Shown here: positions 13,801 to 25,760 of the stretch, piece after piece | Position numbering within the stretch: the stretch's first letter is position 1 | How the letters are laid out: each line of letters begins with the position of its first letter | Assembly: GCF_018977255.1 (NCBI RefSeq) | Contig: NW_024704747.1 | Location: 27,528,442 to 27,592,000 of the forward strand | DNA length: 63,559 nt | Origin: Callorhinchus milii | Taxonomy: Eukaryota | Direction of reading: 5' to 3' | Program-made: the position numbers and the translations under genes | The notes under the pieces: generated by a model | The model's input: the letters and a program-made list of their open reading frames with translations, nothing else | Told to the model about the DNA's origin: nothing | Databases searched by the model: none

Positions 13801-16702
13801 CTATACAATAAAAATGGCAATATACGTAGACACTTTTAAAACAAAACAAATACTTATTATACTCTCCCTCAGACATACTTATTAAATTGGATTAAAGCTG
13901 TTTGCATCTACACCTGGAGATATAACTGCTGTACATGGAAATCAAAGCCTGAATCCTGAAAGATGTACAAACATTGGGTATTGGTTTACAGAACAAATAA
14001 ATCAGGTAATCAGATCGCGTTGGAATGATCTTGTTCACAACAACAAATTTATATTTATATACAGTAGTGCCTTTCATGTCGAGAGGACATAGTATGATGC
14101 TAAATGTTCAGAACTTTCAAACAAGATTGTTTGCTCCGATTATGGCATTAAAGTACACCATTGACTGGCCTGTGAAGGTCAAAGGTAGAGGAATACTGTG
14201 TCTTGATAGATAAATTGGACCCTATTCATTTCACTGAGACATTCCCCCATCTCTCACCCTTGCAAGCCATTCTAAATTAAGTTATGATGTAAACAGAATA
14301 TTATATTACGCTGGATACACTGAACTGAAACTTGAGATGCAAGTTTTTGTTTTCCATGTATAGTTGCTTAATCAGTGAGAGAGGATGAAACGGAACAGTG
14401 ATGAGGTCGGTAGAGATATTTATTCCTTGTGCCTGTTTTGCCTACGTCTGATACAAGTTCACCCAACATGGCTTTGATCGGAGCCTCAATTACCCAATAC
14501 TGCAGTGACTCTAGTATTGATATCTGTGTCAGGTGTGGTGGACAGGTGACAGTAAAAGCTCGTGAAACAAGGTTGCCCCTACTTTTCATTTTGGTACAAT
14601 CCATCCCAGGCTGAGGCTACAGGTTCATGAAATCATAGTAGCAAATCCAATTCCCCTGATGTGCTGAAAACACCACACAAACAGCGAAAGCCATCATTAA
14701 AATAGTCCATCAGGGAAACAGTCTAAAGATAGTAACTTAATAACACTAGGCTGAAGAGATTACGACTGTATATAAAGCATTAAGAACGCCACAAAACAGA
14801 TGGAAACATCAGAGCAAATCCACTTACTGGTTGATGCCATTTCTCACTATATTTTTTGAATTGGTGCTTGATTATTCCAACATTAATTCTGTGGCAAACT
14901 CGGGTATCCAAGGTACTCTTCCTGTCCACCCTCAACATGTGCTAAAATGTCTCTTTAATTTCTCTTACCTGAGAGCACACGTTCCAGATGTTTTGCTTGA
15001 TACAGCACAGCTGGTGTTCAGAGACCTGTTAACACAACATTCAATGACTGGCATCCTACCTTGTCATGGCACCCCCAACAGTTTAGAAAAAAAAGTTTTG
15101 ATTCTTTTCTCTTCCTCTCCACCATACACCACCTTCCGAAGCTATAAACTATACATGGCAGAAATGAGTGACCTGGTCCAGGACAGGATCTTTGTCAACA
15201 CTACTCTACAAGGAGGAACAAATAGGTTGGTCAGTCCTTTACTGTTAGGATTGCCAGACAACTTAAAAGAGTTTTGAAACTGAATGATACAGGAGAACAT
15301 TAAATTGACAGAATATTAAATTATTATAATAATACTTGCATTTAATATCACGCCTCACCGCGTCGTTGAGACGTCTCAAAGCGCTTCACAGAGTATGCTG
15401 TAAAGTCAATTGACTGTATATTTTGTGGGTGAAAGCATTGATGTGTAAGTGTCTCCTCTCTTCAAGGTGGAGAGCTCAGAAACAGTCACGGCCTCCGGTC
15501 GAGTGGTGAAAAGACGGTTTACTCAGTTGGATGATGACCCGGAATTCGAGGTAATTAGACTTAAGTTGACAAAGCCTGAATTAAACATTTGAACTTGAAG
15601 ACTTTGTTTTAAATGCTGTGTGTGTGTGTGTGTGTGTGTTGGAGGGGAAATTAAGGCTATGGATTGCTATTTGTTGCATTGTTGCCTAGTTCAGATTATG
15701 GCTCTTGCCTCTGCATCTACCAATGGCTGTAACTTCAGAGTCTGATCAGGGAGGAATACTGAACTATAATTCCTGTACATTTTATATAAACTATAAATTA
15801 GCTGCCGCATTACGCCCAAAAAAATATACAGTCAATTCACTTTACAGTATATTCTGTGAAGCGCTTTGAGACGTCTCGAGATGTATAAGGCGCTACATCA
15901 AATGCAAGGATTATTATTGTTATTATTTCAGGCCACCTGAGGCATGAAGAATTTTCAAATATATTCACATTGCTTTGGTAGTATTAAGGCAATGACTTTA
16001 ACGTGTGCGTGTGTGTGTGTGGTGGGGGAGAGATAGGATTGATGCTGCGGACATCACACATTGTGGTACGTAAGATTTGAAGGAAACTCGAGATCATATT
16101 GCATGAGGCCCAATTTTGTTTGCTTATTTGTTTCTGTCCTGGTGTGATTGCATGAGACCTGTGTTGATGAGCAGATGGCCATGTTTCTCCATAATGCACA
16201 TGGGATTCCAGAGTGTAATTCTGGGTTCCAGCTGTCGGAATGTTATCTTATTTGTATTTCCACTTCCAGACCTTTAAGATGGTAGACTATGAGGATGAGC
16301 TGGACTTGTTGGCAGTGTTAACAGTGGGTGCAGCAAGGAACGATGGAAGTGCACACCTCGATCTTTACGACAACCAAACTGGCATCTTAGTTAAGAGAGT
16401 TCCGATAAAGGAACCTTGGGACGTTGTAAGTTTGATCAGTCACTTGCCACCTGATTTCTACTGAATATATTGCGTACGATGTTGCTTTAAAAAACAATAC
16501 TGCCCACATAGCAGTATTGTTCTCCATTGTATTCTGTGTTGAGTTGTTACTAACTATGCGATTTACATTTGTAGACGTACAGTCACCAACTATCTTCGAC
16601 AGAGATACCATTGTACACATCGAACAACAGTCGTACCGGACTATTTGTTGTCATGTTTACAAAATGGTTCAACATTCGCCTGATGATGGAAATAAAGAAT
16701 AA
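1710..16702 (+). CDS. DCAF17: DDB1- and CUL4-associated factor 17 (14 coding exons, ~530 aa)
   Basis: Phase-consistent GT-AG exons spelling DCAF17 motifs (YEKGRIYFDNYR, EKIEDALL, PFGIPCNI, DWIYFHPD, VDYEDELDLL, FDRDTIVHIEQ); adjacent to CYBRD1 as in mammals. The last exon has a 1-nt frame problem (see findings). Confidence 0.93.
2501..2604 (+). CDS. DCAF17: DCAF17 coding exon 2
   Basis: ttcag|KTTTFESVW...GRIYFDNYRCCFS|gtaatt. Confidence 0.92.
2790..2880 (+). CDS. DCAF17: DCAF17 coding exon 3
   Basis: gacag|IGPRPTLLYELPK...EDALLCECPV|gtgagt. Confidence 0.92.
2947..3267 (-). mobile_element. Full-length tRNA-derived SINE (~320 bp, CORE-like centre, L2-type tail)
   Basis: A box TAGCTCAGTGG, B box GAGTTTAATTCC, accttgggcaagtt core, (TTA)n tail; multi-copy in the window. 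Confidence 0.92.
3391..3592 (-). mobile_element. SINE fragment, long-centre subfamily
   Basis: Same family, with an extra ~50-nt block aatcgactaacaactgggttcctacttactgctgg. Confidence 0.85.
3704..3840 (+). CDS. DCAF17: DCAF17 coding exon 4
   Basis: tcaag|EEMLPKPSDHK...NWLMRI...QWKF|gtattc. Confidence 0.9.
4175..4253 (+). CDS. DCAF17: DCAF17 coding exon 5
   Basis: aacag|YLAWETTRETIVVK...AARA|gtaagt. Confidence 0.9.
4280..4480 (+). mobile_element. Degenerate, internally deleted SINE
   Basis: Head remnant, aaccttaggcaa, then tail. Confidence 0.75.
5577..5666 (+). CDS. DCAF17: DCAF17 coding exon 6
   Basis: tccag|AGMQQSALFYL...MLDINKK|gtattt. Confidence 0.92.
6931..7096. mobile_element. Tigger/pogo-type MITE (degenerate)
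   Basis: TA-flanked imperfect TIRs CTGTAAACCTC..GTATCAGTTTG / CAAACTGATGCGAGTTTTACTG. Confidence 0.6.
7182..7289 (+). CDS. DCAF17: DCAF17 coding exon 7
   Basis: tctag|VFGNNVTDATISEG...GLVRFYS...ITEK|gtaaag. Confidence 0.92.
7505..7725 (-). mobile_element. CR1-clade LINE 3' fragment (degenerate)
   Basis: aagaccaaagtccatccagttc...tatctaatttgcttttaaa...cccaagggagcctgttc resembles a reversed CR1 3' end. Confidence 0.55.
8112..8217 (+). CDS. DCAF17: DCAF17 coding exon 8
   Basis: cgcag|FMQKQL...APFGIPCNIQIT|gtagat. Confidence 0.92.
8300..8442 (+). CDS. DCAF17: DCAF17 coding exon 9
   Basis: tccag|CPPVLFEVSCLENALQIGGQPWHYI...DKTL|gtaatg. Confidence 0.92.
9680..9854 (+). mobile_element. HER1/CR1-type LINE 3' end
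   Basis: gatcagctatgatctcatggaatggtgg...ggctgagtggcctactcctgttcctatg, the shark/ray HER1-type tail. Confidence 0.8.
10539..10648 (+). CDS. DCAF17: DCAF17 coding exon 10
   Basis: actag|AENGIQEMQCCSLETDWIYFHPDTSGRIMHVGPTQI|gtgagt. Confidence 0.93.
11099..11186 (+). CDS. DCAF17: DCAF17 coding exon 11
   Basis: tgtag|VLQLTKV...FTIFAEREKK|gtaagg; phase fits, weaker similarity. Confidence 0.78.
15467..15550 (+). CDS. DCAF17: DCAF17 coding exon 12
   Basis: tcaag|VESSETVTASGRVVKRRFTQLDDDPEFE|gtaatt. Confidence 0.92.
16270..16425 (+). CDS. DCAF17: DCAF17 coding exon 13
   Basis: tccag|TFKMVDYEDELDLL...EPWDV|gtaagt. Confidence 0.93.
16575..16702 (+). CDS. DCAF17: DCAF17 terminal coding exon (1-nt frameshift, or alternative acceptor at 16583)
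   Basis: tgtag|TYSHQ, then IFDRDTIVHIEQ...CHVYKM...NKE* in a shifted frame. Confidence 0.8.
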
Positions 16703-17392
16703 CTCATCCGAAAAAACGCTAACCTACATAACTGCAGAAAACCTCTCACGCGACCGGATTTCCCAGCATCTTGTTTGGTTTGTTGACTGCCATTGTACAA
16801 CGGCAATCAGAACATTTGAGCTGACAGATATCGCGGGGACACAAGTCAAAATGCAAATTAGCCGAAAGCTCTATGAATATCCGATTCATAAAACCTTTGA
16901 GGTTGACAAAGCGACTGCTTTGTGCTACTGGAGTTTTCATGTTTAGAGAACTATGCAACTCAGAGCTGTGAGGTCATTGATCACAGAGAACAACAGATGG
17001 CTGCAAATTTGTCATGAGCTGTAAGACTTGTGACATTTGGATGATATCCGAAACCACAAGTGCAAAACTTGAGTGATTTATACATGGTCATCCAAACTCC
17101 ACGAACGTGCTACAGCCTTGAACACACTCCCATCTCTCTGTATTTCTTATTCCGTGTTATTTAGTTGAACCACGAGAGATTTCAGCGAGGTGTACAATAC
17201 AGGTTTGTGATGGGAGTTTTATGGCTTGTAACATGTTAATGTTTGACTAGGGTTGTTGTGGTATTAGGTGATAGGACTATACAGAAAGATATTGTTATTT
17301 CACAAAGACTGCTTCTGTGGTAGATTGCATGACTACGTTCAATGCTTCAAATATATACACAATTTTCTATTTCTTGTTACGATATTTAACAC

Positions 17393-17398
17393 AATAAA
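17393..17398 (+). terminator. Candidate poly(A) signal of DCAF17
   Basis: AATAAA ~690 nt after the stop. Confidence 0.45.
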
Positions 17399-17807
17399 AC
17401 CAAGGAAACTTAAATCAACAGTGCGGTCTTCTATTGGTATTATTTTAATTAAAATACAATGAACAGATCTCAGCGATCTTTTCAAACTGGGATCAACCTC
17501 CAGTTTGCCGTTTTGGGATTTTCATTCTCAATTGTACAAAAATCTTAAACTTGTCACTGGAACTTTAATATGATTATTGGCTTCAAAAGACTTACAGGGT
17601 ATCAGCAACGTGTTGCACAGACCAAAAAGAAGAGGGCTTGTTAGACTGAAGAAAAGAAATCCAGTGTTTGCTTCTTGGGAACAATTTGTAATGGAGGTCA
17701 CAAATTTGCACTTCATTAATATATATTTACCGGCACAGTAGGTCAGGTCATGATATCTGAGTTCCCTCCTTTGATGGAGGTAAGATGATAGCCATTTTAT
17801 AATAATA

Positions 17808-17946
17808 ATATTTATCCTGGCATTTGATATAGAACGCCTTATCACATTAGGTTTGCACACAGCGGTGTCCCACAAACAGCGTGGAGTGAGTGACCAATTT
17901 TATTCAGCGGATTTGTTGGCCAGGACACCGGGAGTGAGAGAAACTC
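17808..17946 (-). mobile_element. Deu-domain SINE 3' fragment
   Basis: Reverse complement of 22215-22306 (cccggtgtcctggccaa) plus the shared tail. Confidence 0.65.
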
Positions 17947-18865
17947 TGGTAGCATAGTTAAAGTTGCAATACTCCTAATAATAATAATGTAATAATAATG
18001 TATTTGAAGAGTTCATTGAAATACAGTTCACAATGCAATACACCTCCCCCCTCCTCCAACTGCCCCCAACCCAGAACCCCTCCTGCAAGGAAACGAATGA
18101 CAATTAATAGAGTACTGAGAAAAGCACAGTAAATTAAGTTGAAAAAAAAGTAGAAGTTAAGAGGGGTGGGAAAGGCTAATAGTAAGCAGAAGTAGGGTTA
18201 AACAGTGCTTGCAAATAACTTATGTTTCCATAGCAATAAGAGGCCTGGTTTTCCCAGCTGAGACTAATTGAGTAATTAAACTATGATCCCATGAACACAC
18301 AATAACTATCAGGATAGCAGTGGGGAGAGTGGTCTGCACTTACCACAATATTTCCTGGAGGTCCCGAATATTTTATGGTTTATTTTCTGTTTTGTAACAG
18401 AATTTGAATCCAGCGATGGCAAAAATGAATAGTTAATTTTGTTTTTCTTCCTCACGCCCCCACCAACCATTATCACTATCACTCCACCACCCCCCCCCCA
18501 TGTATCAAATGCTATATCGAAGCATAATATCAAATGCAAGGATTATTATTATTAAATATTACTCCAGCACTAAATTTAACGGCATCATTTCTGCCCTTCA
18601 GAAAATGAGAGTCCACTGACGGTTGTGTGTGTGTGAATGTGTTTATATGCGTGTGTTTTACTTTATTGTGCGCCAGCATTTATTAGTCCTTGTGGCCTAA
18701 TGTACACTGTTTATTTGTTGCAAACAGAAACCTCCTGTCTTGCTTCATCACTGAATAAAACAATTTCCCACTTTAAAGCTCCACTTGTGCAACATCAGAG
18801 TCACATTGGGATTTACAAAGAGCAACAGCGCCTTTTTCTGGTGGAAAACAGAACTGCAGCCTTAT

Positions 18866-19188
18866 GTAATAATAATAATAATAATCCTTGCCTTTGATAT
18901 AGCGCTTTTCACGTCGGGAGGACGTCCCAAAGCGCTTCACAGAACACACTGTAAAGTGAATTGACTGTATATTTGTGGGCGAACGCGGCAGCCAATTGCG
19001 CACAGCAATGTCCCACAAACAGTCGTAGATTGAAAATGACCAATTTATTATTGTTTTTTTGGAGGGATTATTATTAGGCTCTGTGTGGAGTAAGGAAACT
19101 TGCCCAAGGTTTCGCCCTCTGCCTGGAATTGAACTCAGGTCTCTCGCTCGCAAAGCGAGTGCTCTAACCACTGAGCTACAGGACTCCA
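18866..19188 (-). mobile_element. Full-length tRNA-derived SINE, young family
   Basis: Near-identical to the 25435 and 44901 copies. Confidence 0.93.
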
Positions 19189-19519
19189 CGTAACAATTAT
19201 GATGAAGACTTGATGGGCAGCTCAGATGTACCAGACAATTCAGAGTTGTGGTACATAATACTTGGCAACACTGAATCAGCTGAACTAGATAAATTCTCAT
19301 AGCGAAAATACGGTCAACCACTGATCTGAATCACTTGCGCTCAGGTTTCTCCCCCCCCCCCCACCGCCCGCCTTAGAAAGAAAATGCCTCATCGGCTTTC
19401 TGATAAAGAGAGAGGGAGAGAGAGAGAGAGTGTCCCTGCGATATCTGACTCCTTCACAGAGGAGGAAGGGGGGAAAAAAAGTGAATAGAAAATCCAGAAT
19501 TTAAAAAAGAAAGCATCGT

Positions 19520-19590
19520 TCATAGGAACAGGAGTAGGCCATTCAGCCCCTCGAGCCTGTTCCGCCATTCTATTAGATTGCGGCTGATTT
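19520..19590 (-). mobile_element. HER1/CR1-type tail fragment
   Basis: cataggaacaggagtaggccattcagcccctcgagcctgttccgccattc. Confidence 0.8.
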
Positions 19591-20182
19591 ATTTACCTAT
19601 TTATAAAACTAAAACATATTTATTATTGATATATTCACTTTACCGTAAGGCCAGGACTAAATGCTTTTGCACCATTCAACACTAGTCTAATTTAATTTGA
19701 AAACTAGATTATAAAACACACGCACAGGTTTCATCTGTACGGTTGTCCTTTTATTGGATTCATTGTCCACAAGTAAAACGATGTGTTGAAGGGTTGAAAG
19801 CCATTGAGTCATTGAAACAAGGCTTTGAGTCATTGAAACATAAACCACTGAGTTGGTATTAGGTCAGGGAGCTGAAGAATCAATGAGTGACGTTGCTTTG
19901 CTTTATTTTTAAGCGGTCATTGTAAAGACTGAGTCATCAATCTATTTTAATCCAGGTGGTGAGTACGATAGGAAAGGCATAGGAGAGGTTAACCCCCAAC
20001 AACACCCTTAAGCTGGTCACAGTCTCATTGTAATTCCATGAGTTAATATACCACAGTGTTTTACAGAATGATCTGTCAGCCCTATTGGCGATTATAAGGA
20101 GTCTTAATAGCTCTGTGCATTGACTAAAAAAAATACCCTACGTATTCCCATTAAATTGATGCGTTCAGGCATTAATCAGTAT

Positions 20183-20344
20183 TGTCCACAGAGAGAGAGA
20201 GAGAGTGAGAGTGCGCATTCCGTTCCAACGATCTATCTCAGGAATTTCCAGATGCATGGAATTGGGATGCATGGGATTCTCAGCTTGGTCGGGATACTCT
20301 TAAACACGGTGATGGATCTCTGTGTGTGTCAGACACCCGGCTGA
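20183..20344 (+). repeat. Unclassified ~160-bp dispersed repeat, copy A
   Basis: Aligns with 27645-27809. Confidence 0.75.
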
Positions 20345-21831
20345 CCCCCCCAAAAAATGAAGCGACTGCAAACTGCGTTATATTGTATGACAAGCAGGTG
20401 AACCCAGAGATGAAATTCTCGCCTCGAAATTACTCTCGTGTATTTATTTTTTTTAATAATGCGCATTGCGGGGTCAGTGGGAACAGCTTTTTCCCGGTTT
20501 CTCTACATTTGTTAACCGACATTGCTCCCCAGGACGCTGCACTCAAGTCAACGTGTTATGACTTGCTCCCTCAATGATGAACGCTTGTGTGGTAATCACT
20601 TTAAAAATCTATGAGATAATCATCGACTGAGAAAAGGGTATGGCATGTGTTTTTTTTTTGGGGGGGGGATGTTTGCGTCAGACAGGGTCTTTGTTCCGTC
20701 GTGTGGTGGTTCCTGAGGTTTGTACGTTTGTGTGTGTTGGTGTTTGTGCAACTTCAGAACACCAGATGAAGCAAACAGTGATTTGCGGCTTCTCTGCTGC
20801 TGGCAGTTTTTGCTATTGATATTTTCACTGCGTCTGTCAGTGAGGGAGACTGGGGTTATATCGGCTGCTAACGTGTTTCTATGGAGACACAGAGCTCAAG
20901 ATCTACATGCTGCGCTGACGGTTTACGTTGAGCAGACTGGAGTCTGCTGTTTATCGTCGGCTATAGCAAGGTGTTACAAGACGGAACCAGCTGAAAAGCA
21001 AAAGATATTTGTGTAGGGGAATATTTAACGCCCCCCAAAAATAAAGTAATAACAATAATGATCCTTGCATTTGATACAGCACCTGATCACATCTTCGAGA
21101 CGTATCAAAATGCTTCACAGAATATACTGTAAAGTGAATTGACTGTATATTTTAGGCAAATACCTCGTGGATTTAACCCCAGGACTTACTGGGAGCAGAG
21201 AGTGACTTGGAAAAAGTATACCACTATTGGTGCTAAACAGACAAGTGAAAGATTTCCTTGCAGGGTAATGTATGCCCTAATAACCCTGGTTGAGCAAATG
21301 CAGCTCATGCATTCTATGTTTAAACTGCTGTATCATTTGTCAAGGGCAAGGAAGTACAATTCTTCAATGATAAACCATTTGGTAATACACACATCTTCTA
21401 AAGCCTTGCTCTCGAGTCGAACCTCAATGACCCGTGTGGTAAACAAGTTCAGTGTATTTACATTAATGATTATCTCGCAAGGGCATTCAGTTAAACAAGA
21501 TAACGACTTGTTTCATCAGTGTCCAAGTTGTCTGGCTTTTTCATCAGCAAACTCTCACCCACTCTTACCACCATTATCTCCTTTCTTACTGTTGTTTACA
21601 GCCAATGGTATGATTTATCAGGAGATGAATAGAACATTATTTAGGTCACAGCACAGCGATAATTCTGGCAATTCCTTGGAAAGATGCAAGCATTTTCCAT
21701 CAGCGTGATAAAAAAAAACACACCACTGCTGGAAGAAAGACAACGAATTAAATATTTGTATTTATTCAATTGAAAAGTACACTTTAATTTCTACAAAGGG
21801 TCTTCTTTGCATTATTATGTTCATGCTAGTG

Positions 21832-22103
21832 GTGTCTGTAGCTCAGTGGTTAGAGCACTTGTCTCGCAAGCGAGAGACCTGGGTTCGATTCCCGGCAGGG
21901 CAAAACCTTGGGCAAGTTTCCTTACTCCACACGCCTGATAATAATCCCTCAAGAAACAATAATAAATTGGTCACTTCAATCCACGACTTTGTGAGACGCT
22001 GCTGTGCTCAATTGGCTGCCGCGTTTCGCCCACAAATATACAGCCAATTCACTTTACAGTATATTCTGTGAAGCGCTACATCAAATGCAAGGATTATGAT
22101 GAT
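21832..22103 (+). mobile_element. Diverged full-length tRNA-derived SINE
   Basis: A/B boxes (tagctcagtgg, gggttcgattcc), core and tail. Confidence 0.88.
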
Positions 22104-22123
22104 TATCTCTCTTACTGGAACCC

Positions 22124-22306
22124 GTCCTTTGGATGAGACGTTAAACCAAGATCCCATCTGCCTGCTCAGGTGGATGTTAAAGATCCCATGACACATTTCA
22201 AAAAGAAAAGGGAGTTTCTCTTTCCCGGTGTCCTGGCCAATAAGCCACCAAATACAGTCAGTCACTCACTCCCGGGCTGTTTGCGGGACACTGCTGTGCG
22301 CAAACT
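22124..22306 (+). mobile_element. Deu-domain SINE fragment (SacSINE1/AmnSINE1-like)
   Basis: ggatgagacgttaaacc...ctcaggtggatgttaaagatcccatg...cccggtgtcctggccaat matches the Deu domain as I recall it. Confidence 0.75.
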
Positions 22307-25109
22307 GTAATTTCAGAAACAAACGCAATGCAGAGTATTCACCCACACGTTGGCTTCCCCGAGTGGAGGATACGTTTCTAATCATTTTCAATCTGCTTAT
22401 CTGTTAACGGTACTTTTAAACAATATTTCAAAATCGATATGCATTAGTTGTCCAAAAGCAAAATGAAACATTGAGAAGCAATTTCAGGAGTGAGTGTCAA
22501 ACAAAATCATGTGAATCAGATTCAGTAAAAATTGTCCTCCTCTATATAAACGTACCACGGTTTCAAAAGGGTAAATATATTTCAATAAATTACTATAAAT
22601 TACTATAAATGTGAACGCTTAGAGCAGGTCTGCCATGTTTCCTCTCCGCTCACATTTTCGCCAAAATAGCCACTGACCGTTGTGTGCTGGAAGCTCTATT
22701 ATTTGCCAATAATTTAAACAAAAGGTTTGTCGTGAAGCGAATAGTTCGTCTTTTGGCTTTCCTTTGTGGCCTGTTTATAATCTGGTTATTATTGAAGTGC
22801 TCCAAGAAGAGCTATAAAATCAAGTTGTTGCTGTTGTTTCTATTAAGACTTGCATTTTTTTAAAAAAACTGTTTCTAAAATTATCATGGTTACAAGTTTT
22901 GATATCGGAAACCATGGTCTCTGAACGCCCGAGTCCTCAAAGAATATTTTTAAACCCTCATTTTATTTCCTGTTAACTTCAATTAATTAATTAACGGATT
23001 AATTGATGTTCAGTGTGCAGAGATCCGAGCATCTCATGTTGCGGGAGTATGGTTTGAAGTTTGCCAGTGGTCTGGAGGGAATGCGAAAGACGCAGAAGTT
23101 CAGAGATAGAGAGAATTGCTGAGAAACCAGGCAGTATGACTTAGCAGTAACATGGAGAGAACAGATAAGCACCGAGATAAGGATTGAAACAAAAACACGC
23201 AGGGTGATTCATTATAATCCGTGGCACATTCTCAGCATTTCATGGGTAGAATTTGAAAGCCAAATGGTCAAAACTACATCATCTGTCTTGATTTCCATTT
23301 ACACCTGGACTCTGGTACTGTAACCCTGGAATGTTTTACAGCCTCCTTTTGCAGGCATTTCTTCTGACGTCACCCACACACATATAATAGAACTCCATTA
23401 TAACAAGTCCGCAAACCCAAATATTGCATAATAATCATAATAAAAGGTCAAAATGGTCTCCGTGACATCACGGGATTGGAACCAATCAAATTATAAATAA
23501 AAGTATACTCGATTGTATTTTCTTCTCTTTACTTCAGTGTCCGAAGCTGCAGTTTGTTTTTAACAGTTAACTTCAGAAAAATCTCAAAGATTTAAAACCG
23601 ATAAAACAACATTATTATCTATAATTCTAAAATTGGTAGCGCAGGAAAAATTGCTTGTTGCCTCTCTCCCTGCCCCCCCCCCCCACCCCCATCCCACCCC
23701 TTGCAATTGTAAAGCTTCTTTTCAAGCCAAATCCGACTGCCTCTTTATAAACACAATGACAACAGTCAAATCCCAATCTTCCACTGCAAATCTATTAACA
23801 AAATGTTCAAGCGAGCAGACTGATACGTAAAACTGCAGTACATTATTCTTTCCTGGATTTTCCTGGACAAAAGATCTATTTGCACTGCCCAAGGTGGCAG
23901 TAAAAAGCGGGCTTGCCGCATTCTTTTCAGCCACATTAAACTCTACAATCTACTGATCGTCGCTTCTGTACGTAGGTTCTACCATTTAAATATATCAACA
24001 CAAAAAAGGATTGAAGAGATTGCACAGGCTTGTTTGCCACTGGTTTAGATAGCAGCGTTGCTACTGACAACAGCTTCGGCTCCTCGATGGGCTGGCAACG
24101 TCCCTTTCAAGTACCATCTTAAAATAAACCCAGTTTTGGAAAGGAAAGCTCGAAGGCGCATGTTTGTACAATTAGGTGACAACGTATAAAACCATTCGAG
24201 TTATTTTGCCCGCGTCATCTTGACATTCAAAGGCTAAACAGGACATTCCATCCCAAACATTGAAATGGAAATTGACTTCAATAAATATTAAGGTTAGCAA
24301 ATTCCGAACAAAAATCCTACTTATTTCAGAATGCCCATCGCTTAATTTCATTTCAATAAATAGCTCAAAGGATTTAAGGATAACTCTGCTACAATTGGGC
24401 ACGGTATTTAGGCCAATAGTGCGTAAAAATACACATTAAAAAGCAAGGACAAAAAGCTCTGGGAGTGTACCATCTGTAACCTAAACGTTCACTTGCCAGT
24501 CCATCTGGGCCCCTTCCCTCTGGGGTTTATCAGTTTCAAAACCGAAAATAAAACCATAAACTTCAGTCCTTGTTTGACAGCTGCTGGATATATCACAGTA
24601 GCACAATTGCTGCTTGACACCCAAGAGATCTCTTCGCGCTCGCCCTCTGGAGCAGTTTCAAGCAACGATTTGAAATATACAACCCACCCATCACAGATTG
24701 CATCTTCATCAACAGCCTCTAAACCATCACGTGCCCTCCCCCCCCCCCGCCACCCCCCGCCCAAACCCCAAATGGCCACCTCATTTTGGGACCATTAAAA
24801 TGTTGACCTTGATCCAAACATTCTTCAGATGCTTTTGAGAAGACTGTTTGCTCTAACATCTGCAGGCAGTTTATTTCTCATTGAGCGAGTGTAATGTTAT
24901 GATACATTGGGGTAAAGGAGTTCAGTTTTAATCACTTGTAAAATAACAGCGTTTGAATACACTAAAAATGTGTGTTTGATTTTATGACTCTGAGCATTCG
25001 TTGAAATGTTTGAGCGGCTTCACACAATGAGTTACTTTTGAAGTGTAGTGACTATGGGTATGCCTAGGTAGGCAATTGTAGCAGTTAAATTATAATAAGA
25101 ATTCATAAT

Positions 25110-25280
25110 TTGTTCATTCAATCCACGACTGTTTGTGGGACGCTGCTGTGCGTAATTGGCTGCCGCGTTTCACCCACAAAATTATACAGTCAATTCACTT
25201 TACAGTATATTCTGTGAAGCGCTTTGAGACGTCTCAAAGACGTGATAAGGCGCTATATCAAGAGCAATAATTATTATTAA
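25110..25280 (+). mobile_element. SINE 3' half
   Basis: Shared tail region. Confidence 0.8.
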
Positions 25281-25434
25281 TCTGGTCTGCAATAACATCA
25301 ATCCAACACCATATTAGTTTTTAGTGAATTTCGAGGAGGGTTTTCAAGCCACAGAGACAATCTGGAGACAGAGTTAAGATCTCTAAATACGGACCCATAA
25401 TGACTCCATTGTATCATTAAAACATAAAAGTCCT

Positions 25435-25760
25435 GGAGTCCTGTAGCTCAGTGGTTAGAGCACTTGCTTGGCAAGTGAGAGACCTGAGTTCAATTCCAGG
25501 CAGAGGGCGAAACCTTGGGCAAGTTTCCTTACTCCACACAGAGCCTAATAATAATCCCTCCAAAAAAACAAAAACAATAATAAATTGGTCATTTTCAATC
25601 TACGACTGTTTGTGGGACATTGCTGTGCGCAATTGGCTGCCGCGTTCGCCCACAAATATACAGTCAATTCACTTTACAGTGTGTTCTGTGAAGCGCTTTG
25701 GGACGTCCTCCCGACGTGAAAAGCGCTATATCAAATGCAAGGATTATTATTATTATTATT
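25435..25760 (+). mobile_element. Full-length tRNA-derived SINE, young family
   Basis: ggagtcctgtagctcagtgg...gagttcaattcc...(TTA)n. Confidence 0.93.

Noticed and set aside
18773-19321. Recurrent ORF family ([22 protein letters not shown]; also 2988, 25451, 31588, 44948, 56144)
   Set aside because: Chance translations of the non-coding SINE.
21139-21708. 189-aa intergenic ORF
   Set aside because: Starts at a TTG inside a SINE tail, no recognisable domain, no exon structure.
25435-25507. tRNA-Ala-like gene (also ~3195-3267, 19116-19188, 21832-21900, 31665-31735, 45153-45225)
   Set aside because: These are tRNA-derived SINE heads that continue into the SINE body, with imperfect stems.
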